Shown here piece by piece: positions 52,739-64,000 of a stretch of 64,000 nt of DNA; within the stretch, counting starts at the first letter, position 1, and each line of letters begins with the position of its first letter. A program made the position numbers and the translations under genes. This stretch comes from Harriotta raleighana (taxonomy: Eukaryota): the NCBI GenBank assembly GCA_050575255.1, contig JBNZDD010013730.1:5516608-5580607 (forward strand), in the 5' to 3' direction. Under the pieces are notes generated by a model that was not told where the DNA came from, searched no databases, and saw only the letters and a list, made by a program, of their open reading frames with translations.

Positions 52739-53351
52739 NNNNNNNNNNNNNNNNNNNNNNNNNNNNNNNNNNNNNNNNNNNNNNNNNNNNNNNNNNNNNN
52801 NNNNNNNNNNNNNNNNNNNNNNNNNNNNNNNNNNNNNNNNNNNNNNNNNNNNNNNNNNNNNNNNNNNNNNNNNNNNNNNNNNNNNNNNNNNNNNNNNNNN
52901 NNNNNNNNNNNNNNNNNNNNNNNNNNNNNNNNNNNNNNNNNNNNNNNNNNNNNNNNNNNNNNNNNNNNNNNNNNNNNNNNNNNNNNNNNNNNNNNNNNNN
53001 NNNNNNNNNNNNNNNNNNNNNNNNNNNNNNNNNNNNNNNNNNNNNNNNNNNNNNNNNNNNNNNNNNNNNNNNNNNNNNNNNNNNNNNNNNNNNNNNNNNN
53101 NNNNNNNNNNNNNNNNNNNNNNNNNNNNNNNNNNNNNNNNNNNNNNNNNNNNNNNNNNNNNNNNNNNNNNNNNNNNNNNNNNNNNNNNNNNNNNNNNNNN
53201 NNNNNNNNNNNNNNNNNNNNNNNNNNNNNNNNNNNNNNNNNNNNNNNNNNNNNNNNNNNNNNNNNNNNNNNNNNNNNNNNNNNNNNNNNNNNNNNNNNNN
53301 NNNNNNNNNNNNNNNNNNNNNNNNNNNNNNNNNNNNNNNNNNNNNNNNNNN
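52739..53351. other. Assembly gap (N run)
   Basis: A continuous run of N. Confidence 0.99.
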
Positions 53352-53473
53352 CCCCCCCCCTCGCCCAGAACATTTCCCCCTGCTCGGGTCTTAAATCAAC
53401 TGTCCAGCGCCTTGGGACGTCCTCCTGACATGAAACGCGCTCTATAAATGCAATCTTGTTGTTGTTGTTGTTT
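53352..53473 (+). mobile_element. L2-type 3' tail directly after the assembly gap
   Basis: Reads CAGCGCCTTGGGACGTCCTCCTGACATGAAACGCGCTCTATAAATGC followed by (TTG)n. Confidence 0.8.
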
Positions 53474-56400
53474 TGGCCAAATCCTTTCTAGCAATTATGC
53501 TTTGTTCATACACTTGATCAGTTCCTCTTTAGATGGAACAATGGACCTTGTACAAATACCTCATTTCTTTCTCGATATGAAGCATGTTCAAACTGCCACA
53601 GGTTTGGCCGCAGAGATCCAAACAGCTTTGAGTTGCCTTCTCTGCTTTTTCCTAATTATTTTCAGAACCTGCCATGGCTGTCCCAAATCTCATTCCTACT
53701 ATAATTATTTGCACCTGAAAGATCATCCAGCAGAGTTTTTTTGCCCTTGTGCCTTTTTTGTTTCTACAAATGGCTCTTCTAGTTATTTAATTACCCACAG
53801 TGAGGATTAGAGTTCAGAAAACAGGAAAAGCCTACTATCTGAGCTGAGTTTTGCAGGAAAATGAATAAATTAGTTTTATACACCTACATGGGGGAATTCA
53901 CTTATTTGGTTATGATTTCCGTCAACTGAAGCTGTGTGTATGATAGTCCTTAAATAATTCCAAAAGTGTCATGTATTTGGCTTATGTCTGTGGCTCCAAT
54001 ATCAAGACAAGTCTCTTGAGATCTTCCATATTGCATTGAGAGGAACTAATTTTGCCATTTTAAAATGATCTAGGTACTCCAGAATGATACAGTCTAGCAT
54101 TCCTGTCATACCACAGCTGGAAGATACAATAATTTCAATAAGAATTTTAAAAAAATAGAATACTCTTCAGTATTGTGCAAACATAAAAATGCTAAATCAG
54201 AAACCAACAGGATGCACTATTAAGCACTTCAGGGAATGATGTGAATGGCAACACACAAACACAAGTTTGTCCGATTTAGAAAGCCCCTAAAGTTGTCGTA
54301 ATTGCCAATGAATTTCTTCTGGGTCTAACGTACTTGCTTGGCAAATGAGGCATTCTGCATCCCTTTGTAAGGATTGTTTTGCATTCATATTCTATTGGTT
54401 CTTGTAATCACATATAAACCTTTTGAAAATCAAGACGGAATCTGGTTTCAAGCTCACTGAAACAATGAAGTTTCTCCTTGCACTTCACAACAGGTGGTGG
54501 GTGATTATTCAAATCAACAGTCAAGAGGGCCAGTGAAAGGAAGGATGCAGAGGCTTCACTGGTTTGCTCCTCCGAACTACTGCATAATCTTTTAATCACA
54601 GCCAAAATATTTATTGTGTAATCCTCTTATGAAATAGCTTACAGATTCACAGAGCTCACATGCTAGCGCAATTACAAATTTGCCTTATTGCTGCAGAGTA
54701 TTACATTCCTATTTTATGCAAATCCCCGCTCATGAAATGAGTGTTGGCTGGCACACGGGTTTCGGGACACTGCTGATAAGAAAACAGATATTGTTGGCGC
54801 AACGCAAGACTGAAGCCATGGTTGTAAATCTCTGTGCTTCCCACACTGCAGGCCATGTTCCTCGAGCGTCACCTATAGTGGTGAATCTTACTGAAGTATT
54901 CTGCTCCCGCTGTCCCAGACACCAAGCCTGCACTGCTTCTCCAGACTGTTTGTCAAAGTTATTTAATCTCAAATTTGCCTGGCCTCTAACTGCTCGCATC
55001 CCTCAACATAATAGAAGATATTTTCACCAATCAACTCGCTGATGAATGTAGTTGTAGAGATGAAAAGGATACAGCAATTGTATGCCTCTTTCTAACAGAC
55101 TTTTCAGATATAATTCAATTAATTCATTTTAGGTACTGTGCTTAGGAATATGTCAGCAATAGAGAGTGAAAAGCAAGATGCAACCAGAAAAGGGTGTCGA
55201 CGAATAAATAATAAACAAACAATTAAAATAACGTTTTATACACATACTCCTTTAATGCTTGTAGCATTTTATTTTAATTCTGTGAACTATGTGTTTTTTT
55301 TAAATCTCTATCAATTATAAAGAGAGTATATAGCTGCATTTTCAAATTGAAGCATCAGATATCTACACCTACATTTTACAGATGTGTTGACATTCGTGAT
55401 TCATACAAAACGTCAAAATAATAAAACTGTACACTCTCTCTTGTAACAACACATGAAATGTGTCTAAATTATTTAAGAGCAAATGTAAAAGGAGTTCATA
55501 ATTTAGATTATTTAATAGAAAACAAGGAAGACTATCTTCTACTATTGCAATGAAACATTGCCACTCTCAGTACAGTATTGCTTACCCTTGAAGGTTCTAT
55601 CTAACATGGCCATGTCAATGAGCTGCGGTTTTTCATTGAACAAGTTCTCTGTGACCTATTAAAATGCAGTCGGAAGTGCTTAAAATACCTAACAGCACCA
55701 TATGTAAGCCTATAAGTGCAAAGCATTGTGCTGCGAAGCGGTGAAAAGTAAGGACTCTTTCGAGAGCACTGAACACAGTGTTCTGTCACTGATATAAGTG
55801 CTATGCATAGAAAAAGACATTCAAGGCACACTCATAGCATAAGCAAGGTTCACAATTCCCCAGTGAAGCTTGTGGAAATCAGTCGAGAATGAGTCATAAT
55901 GTCATAAGTACGTACAGGCAATACCAAAGGTTTGAAATCAATTCTTTTTGTTAATAAATATGTTTGGTGGTTAACGCTTACTTTCCTGTTTAAATCGTGA
56001 CCTTTTCCCCCCCACCACCACCTATGCTAAACCTCCGGCTGTTATTTTTTATACAGCACAACTTCAGCTAACCTGCCCAAATGAAAAACTTCCTCGAGGT
56101 TATATTTCAAGTGTTAATGCAAGGAAACCACTCGTTGGTTTGCATAAAATCTAAAAGTCTTTTGGGTTTACAGCCCTCTTGCTGTCATTGTGCAGGGTCT
56201 GTATTGATCTGACTGAAACAAAAGATATTTTTAATTGCCAAGAAGTCGGACTTACCAAGGTCACGGGTGTTTACAATCTCTTCAATGTTTGCAGCTAATG
56301 GTTGCAACTTGCTGAATGTCAAGACTGATTAGAAAAGCCTAGCTGAATTTATCATTGTTATGTTATTGCAACAATAAAGCAAAAAGGTGCCAATTAGTTT

Positions 56401-59400
56401 AGTAAGATATTTTGAACCCACCACTTGTTTATATTTCAGAACCAGTGCAGAGCTTCACTCAAGTTTTGCATTTTGTGCTCGCCGATTTCTTGTATTTACT
56501 TGTTAATTTACTGTGTAATGACAGATCTCTGGCTTCTAGTGCAAGGAATGAAAAGAGCCCTAATGAGAGAAGGTTTTCCAATGATATGCCACTTTGATAA
56601 GTTGAAATCGCCAAATCTGTTAACTATATAAGATGCATCAACTATACAAGGATTATTACATAGGCTTCAGACACCTTGGTTCAACGCACACAGTACCGCT
56701 AGCTTTACTTTGGTAACAATCCCAAACTGGGTACTGTATCAAGTCACTGGGGTGATGAATTACTTTTTTTTACAGATGTGCACGGTTTTGAGCAGGTGTA
56801 TGTCTAATCAAGGAAGGACAATCCTGGAGTCTGATTAAAGTCTGATGAAGCATTTAAAAAATTACTGAGGTGTCAAATTCATGAACAAACAGATGGCCAG
56901 ACAATGCCATAACATTATGCCCTATCGCTTTGACTGAAGGCTGGGGGCGGGCTACTTTTAACAAACAATTTAGATAAGACGCAGTTGGAGTAAGAACTTA
57001 GTACAGAAGCATTTCAGGGTAATTAATGTAGATTTATGAAAGTGTGATTATAAATGAGCAGTTAGAAATGTGTTTAGTCTTGTAAATAATTTGATCCTTC
57101 AACTGTACTATGTATTATGGTACAAATGAAAACAGTGCCACTTTATTTGATATGTATCTTATGAATATATGCACATTCACAATTTTATCTAAATTTAAAA
57201 GTGAAAACAAGACTCTGGAGTGGAAAGTAACCATCTGAGGATGGATCCAAAGCAACTGTGAAACAATATTAAGATATCCCATCACACAGAAATATACATT
57301 TCAGGCATCCATTTATGAATTACAATAATAATAATCCTTGCATTTGATGTAGGGTATATCAGATTGCAGTTAGATGTAGAAAAGCTCTACAATCCATAGA
57401 AATTTAAAAAAAACTTCAAGGGTATAGATGTGAGTAGGAGCTCATTATGTCAAACATTGCTGTTGCAAAGCATGTCTTTCTCAGTCAGACCAGAACATCT
57501 GATATAGTCAGCAGAGAAGCTGCAGTCTCCAGCAGATGAGATACTAGTGTATGAGGTACTCTTGATGAGATCTACAATGCCGTTTGCACATTCCAAACCA
57601 CAAAGAAATGCTTTTGTGCAAATATATTTTGTTAAAAACTATGATTTGAGGTGCAGCGTACAACTCCATTAATTCTAGTTTCAGTTTATGGGCAAATGTG
57701 ACACTAAAATCCTTGATGGGTTAACATTGGCTAAAGCCTCTTTAGATAACTAGGTGGCACCCAATTATTTTCCCAGGTTTTTTATGTTTGTGGTTCTCCA
57801 CACAGTGTTTGCTCTTGATCTCGACGATACCACCAGTGAAAAAGCACAGAGACAGAACAAGTGTGGAAAAACAAAATAAGTGGCGGAGTTCACAGGGACC
57901 CTCTTGCAGGACTCCTGGCAGCTGACTGAGGAGTGAGTTGGCATTTTACATGCCTTCACTCTGGAGAAGAATCAGTTCAGACAGTGCACACACAATCTAC
58001 AGGCACGGGCCCTGTACAAAAAAGCACCTTGTGTTATCTACCAAGTTGCTGAGGAATTTTATGGTTTTAACCCATACTATTCCNCAGACAGTGCACACAC
58101 AATCTACAGGCACGGGCCCTGTACAAAAAAGCACTTTGTGTTATCTACCAAGTTGCTGAGGAATTTTATGGTTTTAACCCATACTATTCCACAGCAGAAT
58201 TTTTCAGCGCAATCCCAACTCCTGCAGGTGAGGTAATGCCCCATTTCTCTAATTCCATATCAGAGCTTTCCCTGCAGGCAGGCCAAGAAATAGATTGCTT
58301 GTCGGCTGGTGTGAGAGTTTAAAAGAGGCAAAAGCTTCAAATGAGAACATTTTAAAGCGTCACGTTAATTTAGAATTAACTCAAACCCATTTAGTGAACA
58401 CCGACTGCAAATTGCAATCTCAAAGGTTTCAGTCTCATTATATCCAGAGTCTTAGTTTTGTTCCACTGATTCCTATTCCCTGATAGCCTGCAGCCCCTGG
58501 AAGCACAGTACAGTGAGGCAAAATAGGCATGAAAAGTCGATTTAAAATTTCCACCATATCAACCAAACTTTTGATTGAGAATTAGCTGTAACTTCATTAG
58601 AGCAGAAAACGAATGTAAAACACATGCTAATAATTCCACCCCTTAATCCGAACATCTTTCCCCTTGAGCTATCTTATCAATAGTAGAATACAGAAAACCT
58701 TCAGTTCATTTAACAATATCGAAACAGCAAGGAATGTTTGACTTAGTTTGTAAATAGCTCACCATTACCAAGTGCTTTGATACATGAATTACAATAAGCT
58801 TGATGAGCATACAAACCATTTTCTATTAAAACACCACGGAAAAAAAAATATTCAACTTTCTCAGTGATCTTCAAACGTAGTCAGTGGAGCAATATTACTT
58901 GCAGTGTTCAAAGTTTGACAGGATCTCAGAAATCTCGGGCTGGCTCAGTGCAACCAACTCTTTCTATTCTTCATTAAATTGTTCACTGGCACAAATCTGT
59001 GTGAATTTGAACAAGTTGCAACCTTGAGCTGATAAAAGAGAGTTGTTTTTTTTGTTTGAATCGCTGCCTTATCATTTTTGCACATTCAACACAGTTCTTA
59101 ACCTGAGTGACATTCTATAAATTAAGGACACATAAAGCAATTCAAAAGGATTTTTTTTTAAGCAAAATTATCAAAGGATTCGTAATCGACTGGCATTAAT
59201 GCAGGAACAATACTTGTGCAGGGTATCCTGTGGGTGTATCAGCACTTATGCTCTCTCCGTTGTTGAAGTACTGTAACCCACTCAAGTCCTGTTCTAGAGT
59301 TTCAAACACCCACACTAATTCCCACGTTTATAAAAGTTCATTATCCTGACATGTGACACAATCGAAGGGGAAGGCAGATGGCAATGAAGAAATTGTGGAC

Positions 59401-59944
59401 CCGATCAAACTGGACCGGAAAGGATAGTCCAGAGTGTCTCTAAAAATAAATAATGGTAATTAAAAAGAAACTCACTGTTCAAAGATAACACTAAACCAAT
59501 TCGTATCACATCGAAACTCAGCATGATCACAAGTGGCCAGTGGAGGAGTTAGCGCCCTGTACATTTCCAATCAATAACACCAATAGCAAGATATAAGTCT
59601 TGCAATACCTGCTGTGGAGTTTGCATGCTTGCAATAATCAACAACCATGCCTCTTTTTGTTCCATCTGTTCACATAACCAATCTTCCAATTTGGTTATTC
59701 TCATTTTCACCATCAGAATAGTCAGGCCATTGTTACATTGATTTATCAAACTGCTCATTGAAATTTGCGTTGATTTTAATCCCTTGACAAAAGAGTTATG
59801 CATCAACTAATTACATTCCCTGAACATTAATTTAGTTGCAGTGGTCTCGGGGCTGGTAGTGAATAAAAAAAACATTCAGTCAGCAATTTAGGCGTCTTGT
59901 TCCACTTTCAACTGTCGCTTCTCCCCAACAACCATGCCGTGATT

Positions 59945-60450
59945 GCTCCGCCTTCTCCCACCTCTGCAACACTGCTCGACTCACCCCTCAACTCGTCACT
60001 GCCTCACCCCTCAGGCCTCCAAAACCCTCATTCGTGTCTTCATTACAACTAGCCTCAACTATGCCAACGCCCGGCTTGTTGGCCCTCCTAATTCCTCCCT
60101 CCACAAGCAGCAGATCATCCAGAACTCTGCAGCTCGTCTGTTCTCCCACACCAGGCTCCTTGACCCCATCACATCCACCCTCGCCCAGCTCCACTAGCTC
60201 CCCATCCCTCAGAGAATCGAGTTTCAAATTCTTATCCTCACCTTCAAGGCCCTCCATAGCCTTGCCCATTCCTATCTGCTAATCCCTTATCAACCCGTCT
60301 GCTCCCTCAGTTCAGCAGGCTCCAGCCTGCTCTATGTCCCCCATCCTTTGGAACTCCATCTTACATCCCCCCTCGGAGAGCTAATCCCTGACTGTTCAGT
60401 GCCTTCGGATGTCCTCTCGACGTAAAAGGCACTTTACAAATCTAATTTTG
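59945..60450 (+). mobile_element. L2 LINE 3' fragment
   Basis: Encodes RHCLTPQASKTLIRVFITTSLNYANARLVGPPNSSLHKQQIIQNSAARL. The tail is CAGTGCCTTCGGATGTCCTCTCGACGTAAAAGGCACT. Confidence 0.88.
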
Positions 60451-61974
60451 CATTGTGAAGGAGTAATGTACACTATAGAACAGAGTGATCAAAACCAATA
60501 AGTGTGCATACGTTAAACATGCAGCTATAAAACTTTAACAAACCAATTTCCCCAAGAACATTTATCCCTCTAGGCCACTTTGCCTGTGACCAATCCTGAA
60601 AAATTATATATATTTTACAACTTTAATATCGATCAATCAATTTTAAGCAAGTGCTCCTGTTTCATTAATACGTTTCTATAATTTTGATTCAGAAGGTTAA
60701 TAGAGTAGGCTGTCCTTTCTGGATGTCTCGTTGCATCAGCTGTTTGTATGTTCTGCTTTGGTGGAAGCTCCAATATTGTATAACTTGCAGAACCTGCAGA
60801 TATGTAGCAGTGGGCTTGATGTTCATTATAAAACTTTAAATATTGCCTCATCTACAAACAGGAGCTTCAAAGGATTAGAAAAAGTGTGGCATCCAATTCT
60901 TGAATACGTTTCCGTTTTGAAGGATGTCGGACATTTGAATGTAATAATTTGGCTTAAATAAATTGATCAATTTAAACGTGTGATAAAACATCATATTTTT
61001 CATCCCACTGTTTCAATTGGATGTTTTGCAACACGACTCCTTTGAAGGCTACGACAAGCACTTCTAAAAAGTGTAACCTTCACCCTTTTCAGACACCCAT
61101 TTCTTTAGGCATACACAAAACAAATGTTCAACATTACTCTCTCTAACCTGCAGTCACAAATAAGCAATATTGATGTTTCCCCATCATTTAAAAATTCCTG
61201 ACCAATCTACAAAAAAATCCACTGATGTGAATCTTTGCAGTTTGTGCCAAATCAGATCGGTAAAGGATTTGAAGGTCAGTCTGAATTTTAACATCTTTTT
61301 ATTCATTGTTGCTGCTATTTTTTTCTGCTACGAGAAGATGAAAGTACAAGGTCAGCTTCACTGATGAGCAGTGATGTAATTGAGTCAGAGTTAGACTGAG
61401 GATGCAGGAACTATAGCAAGCTCATTGCTTGGCAATCACCTTTGTGTTTTGAGATTTCATGTTGTTAGGTATTGGGTTTAAATCAATAACTGAATGAAGA
61501 TAACTCCGCTGATATCTGAGGAGGTCAGAGATCCAGTCTACATTAAGTTATGGTTTCCAATGGCCCTAAATTCTTTTAATTTAAAAATTCTAAAAATAAT
61601 ATCCTACATGTTTAATACTCTCGGCTGGCTGAACAATTCATGTTTTCTCAAAATTCTGGACACAAATGAACTGTCAGAGAACACTTAATAAAAGAAATAA
61701 GGCTGCTTAAATGGTTTAATACAATGGTCCTCTTATCGCCTGAACAACTGGATGTCTTAATTTTTTAAAAATTGTTTAGTGCCCATGCACACAGAAATTC
61801 CTTGGAGACAAAAGGGAATGAAATCAAAGTAATTACAAGGTAAAAAATGTTTAATGTTTCACTCCTTCAGTGAACTGGGGTCATCTGGGTCAGGCACATT
61901 GGGTCTAATTTCTGATACTTGAAGCCAAATTCCAGTCTTTTCGACAGCCTGAGCAGTCAGTGGTTTCTGAAAGT

Positions 61975-62465
61975 ATTGAGATGACTCAGAGAGAACCTCA
62001 TAGAGGTGTATAAAAAATTTAAAAGGAGATTGAAAAAGCAAACCTAGATCATTACTATAGGATGATTCATGACAGTAGAATAAGAGGACATAATAATGAT
62101 CCTTCCATTTGATATAGTGCTTTATCACATCCTGCAGACGTCTCAAAGCACATCACAGAATATACTGTAAAGTGAATTGACTGTATATTTTGTTGGTAAA
62201 ACGTTGCAGCCAATTGCACACAGCAGTGCCCCACAAACAGTCATGGACATTAGGTTTAGAATTATGAAGAGAAATTTCAGGACAGATACCAGGAAGTATT
62301 CTTTACGCAGAGGGTAATCAATGACAGGAACAGGTTGCCAAAAATGGTGTCTGAGGCCAGGCCACTGGTCTAATTTAAAAAGCAGCTTGATGCAATGATG
62401 AGGAAAGTGTTCTGGAAAGATGCGATTGGATGGGTTGAGGGGCTTTTTTCATACAGAGCAATCTG
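61975..62465 (+). mobile_element. CR1 LINE 3' end interrupted by a SINE
   Basis: Encodes remnants LIEVYK...RGH then F..RKYSLxQRVIN..NRLP. The tail resembles GATTGGATGGGTTGAGGGGCTTTTTTC. Confidence 0.72.
62092..62247 (-). mobile_element. SINE family A 3' half, inserted into a CR1 fragment
   Basis: Matches the tail half of 8138-8453 and is flanked by GGACAT direct repeats. Confidence 0.82.
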
Positions 62466-62604
62466 TAATCTTGTGGAAGTCATTAAAGTGTGATAAAAGG
62501 CTGGTGAGTAACACTATGGGGAATGCTGGAACAGACTCATTTTTAAAATGAAAAGATGCACTTTCATTAATGTTATAACAAATACAAATTGCATTGATAT
62601 ACTG

Positions 62605-62918
62605 TAATAATAATAATCCTTGCATTTGATATAGCGCTTTTCATATTTTACTGATGTCTCAAAGCGTTTCACAGAATATATTGGAAAGTGAATTGACTGT
62701 ATATTTGTGGGCTAATTGCGGCAGCCAATTGCACACAGCAGCGTCCCACAAACAGTCGTCAACTGAAATTACCAATTTTATTATTGTGGGGGTTTTTTTT
62801 GGACGGATAATTATTAAAGCGTGTGGAGTAAGGAAACTTTGCTGTGATCTGCCTGGATTCGAACACAGGTCTCAATCTTGTAAGGCGAGTGCTCTAACCA
62901 CTGAGCTACCGCAGCTCC
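62605..62918 (-). mobile_element. SINE family A, near full-length copy
   Basis: The minus strand has box A TAGCTCAGTGG, box B GTTCGAATCC, the shared core and the (ATT)n tail. Confidence 0.88.
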
Positions 62919-64000
62919 ACAATATAGTGCCCTTCACATAAGATAATGCCTCAGAATGCGATATAATGATGGGATGGACACTGATAGGGGTAGGGTGAGG
63001 GCGTTGGGTGAGGGAGGGTGGGGTGAGAGGGAGGTGGTCACAATCACGGTCAATGAGGTACGATATAAAGTGGAGCTTAAAGAAAGACCGAGCGAGGATA
63101 AGGGAAGCTTTCACCTTGAAATCAGTTCATGTAAATTTTCAATGTTGAACATCACAAACCACAATTTAACGATTCACTGGAATCACTATTATTTTGCCTG
63201 ACCTCATATTCCAAGCGTGCCTAGCCCGGTGGGGCGAGGGCTATTTACAAGGCAAGTTGTTTCCAACGTAGACTAGAATCACAATGAAAAAGGGTTGTCG
63301 AAAGGTGCACAACGGCACAACAGCCTTTTATTTTTCTGAGTACTGCAGACGTGTGGTACGGATAGAGTGCCAAAAAAACAATCTCGCAGTCCAAGGAGAT
63401 GGGAAGGGGAATTGGGTATTTTAGGGACGTTCCCTGCTCAGTGTTATTCATTCTCTGTCATCCCTGCAAGTCCCTGTGGCTGGCTCATTGGAGTCTCGCA
63501 GAGCTGGATGAGGCGGTGTGTGCTTCAACAATGTAGCATTCACTGTCTGTCCCCCAAAGAAGAAAGCCAAATTCAGCTGTTTAGAATCATGCTGGGATTT
63601 GCACAAATGAATCCCTGAGAGCTACAGCGCTAAATCATTTCCATAACCTTGCACAGATCATTTTGAAATATCATTCACATACTTATTTTTTTCAATTATT
63701 ATAGTGCGGATCTCAACAGCCTAGCAGCTATTTGTAAAGCAGATCTACTTCTATTCAGGAAAGAATTGCATGTTCATGGCATTTCTGGCTGCATTCACAT
63801 GGGAGCACACTGGGAATACACAGCCAAAACACAGCACCAGGGCATTTTGATGAAATGACATGAAAAGCCCTTCCCTGAGAATTCACCCGTATCCTACATG
63901 TGACTTCAGCACATAACCATCATTAACTGTTTGGCTTTTTCAAAATTAAAATATGTATCAGGCTTGGGTTTTCCATCAGAAGAACTAGCCAAATTGTGAA

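Noticed and set aside
52705-53447. Three ORFs of more than 200 aa
   Set aside because: They are artefacts of translating through the N gap.
62850-62918. tRNA-like sequence with boxes A and B (also at 8.4 and 41.3 kb)
   Set aside because: It continues directly into the SINE body and tail, so it is a SINE head rather than a tRNA gene.
33996-64000. Expected upstream ADGRL2 exon (N-terminal lectin half, CEGY...CPGSDVIMIE...DKICDAD)
   Set aside because: I did not find it by eye on the minus strand. It probably lies beyond the window end, or possibly in the gap.

Overview
This is vertebrate genomic DNA, AT-rich and mostly intronic. The repeat content suggests a cartilaginous fish such as a chimaera or shark, which is an inference. 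The window holds the middle of the latrophilin-2 gene (ADGRL2/LPHN2, an adhesion GPCR) on the minus strand. I traced 13 GT-AG exons with consistent reading phases. They run from the second half of the rhamnose-binding lectin domain (33995) through a KVEQK microexon, the olfactomedin domain, the Ser/Thr linker, the HRM, the GAIN/GPS domain and TM1-TM3, where the gene leaves the window at base 1. I found no upstream lectin or signal-peptide exon, so about 34-64 kb appears to be one large intron. The introns carry two tRNA-derived SINE families, L2 and CR1 LINE fragments, a TA-flanked Tc1/mariner-type MITE, a probable fossil Harbinger element, a 29-bp minisatellite, an assembly gap and many N-joined duplication artefacts. 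I see no evidence of a wholly new biological system. The best leads concern splicing of the lectin-olfactomedin hinge: a candidate in-frame 21-nt Cys-containing microexon that could instead be an internal first exon, a NAGNAG switch on the KVEQK microexon, and possible poison exons.
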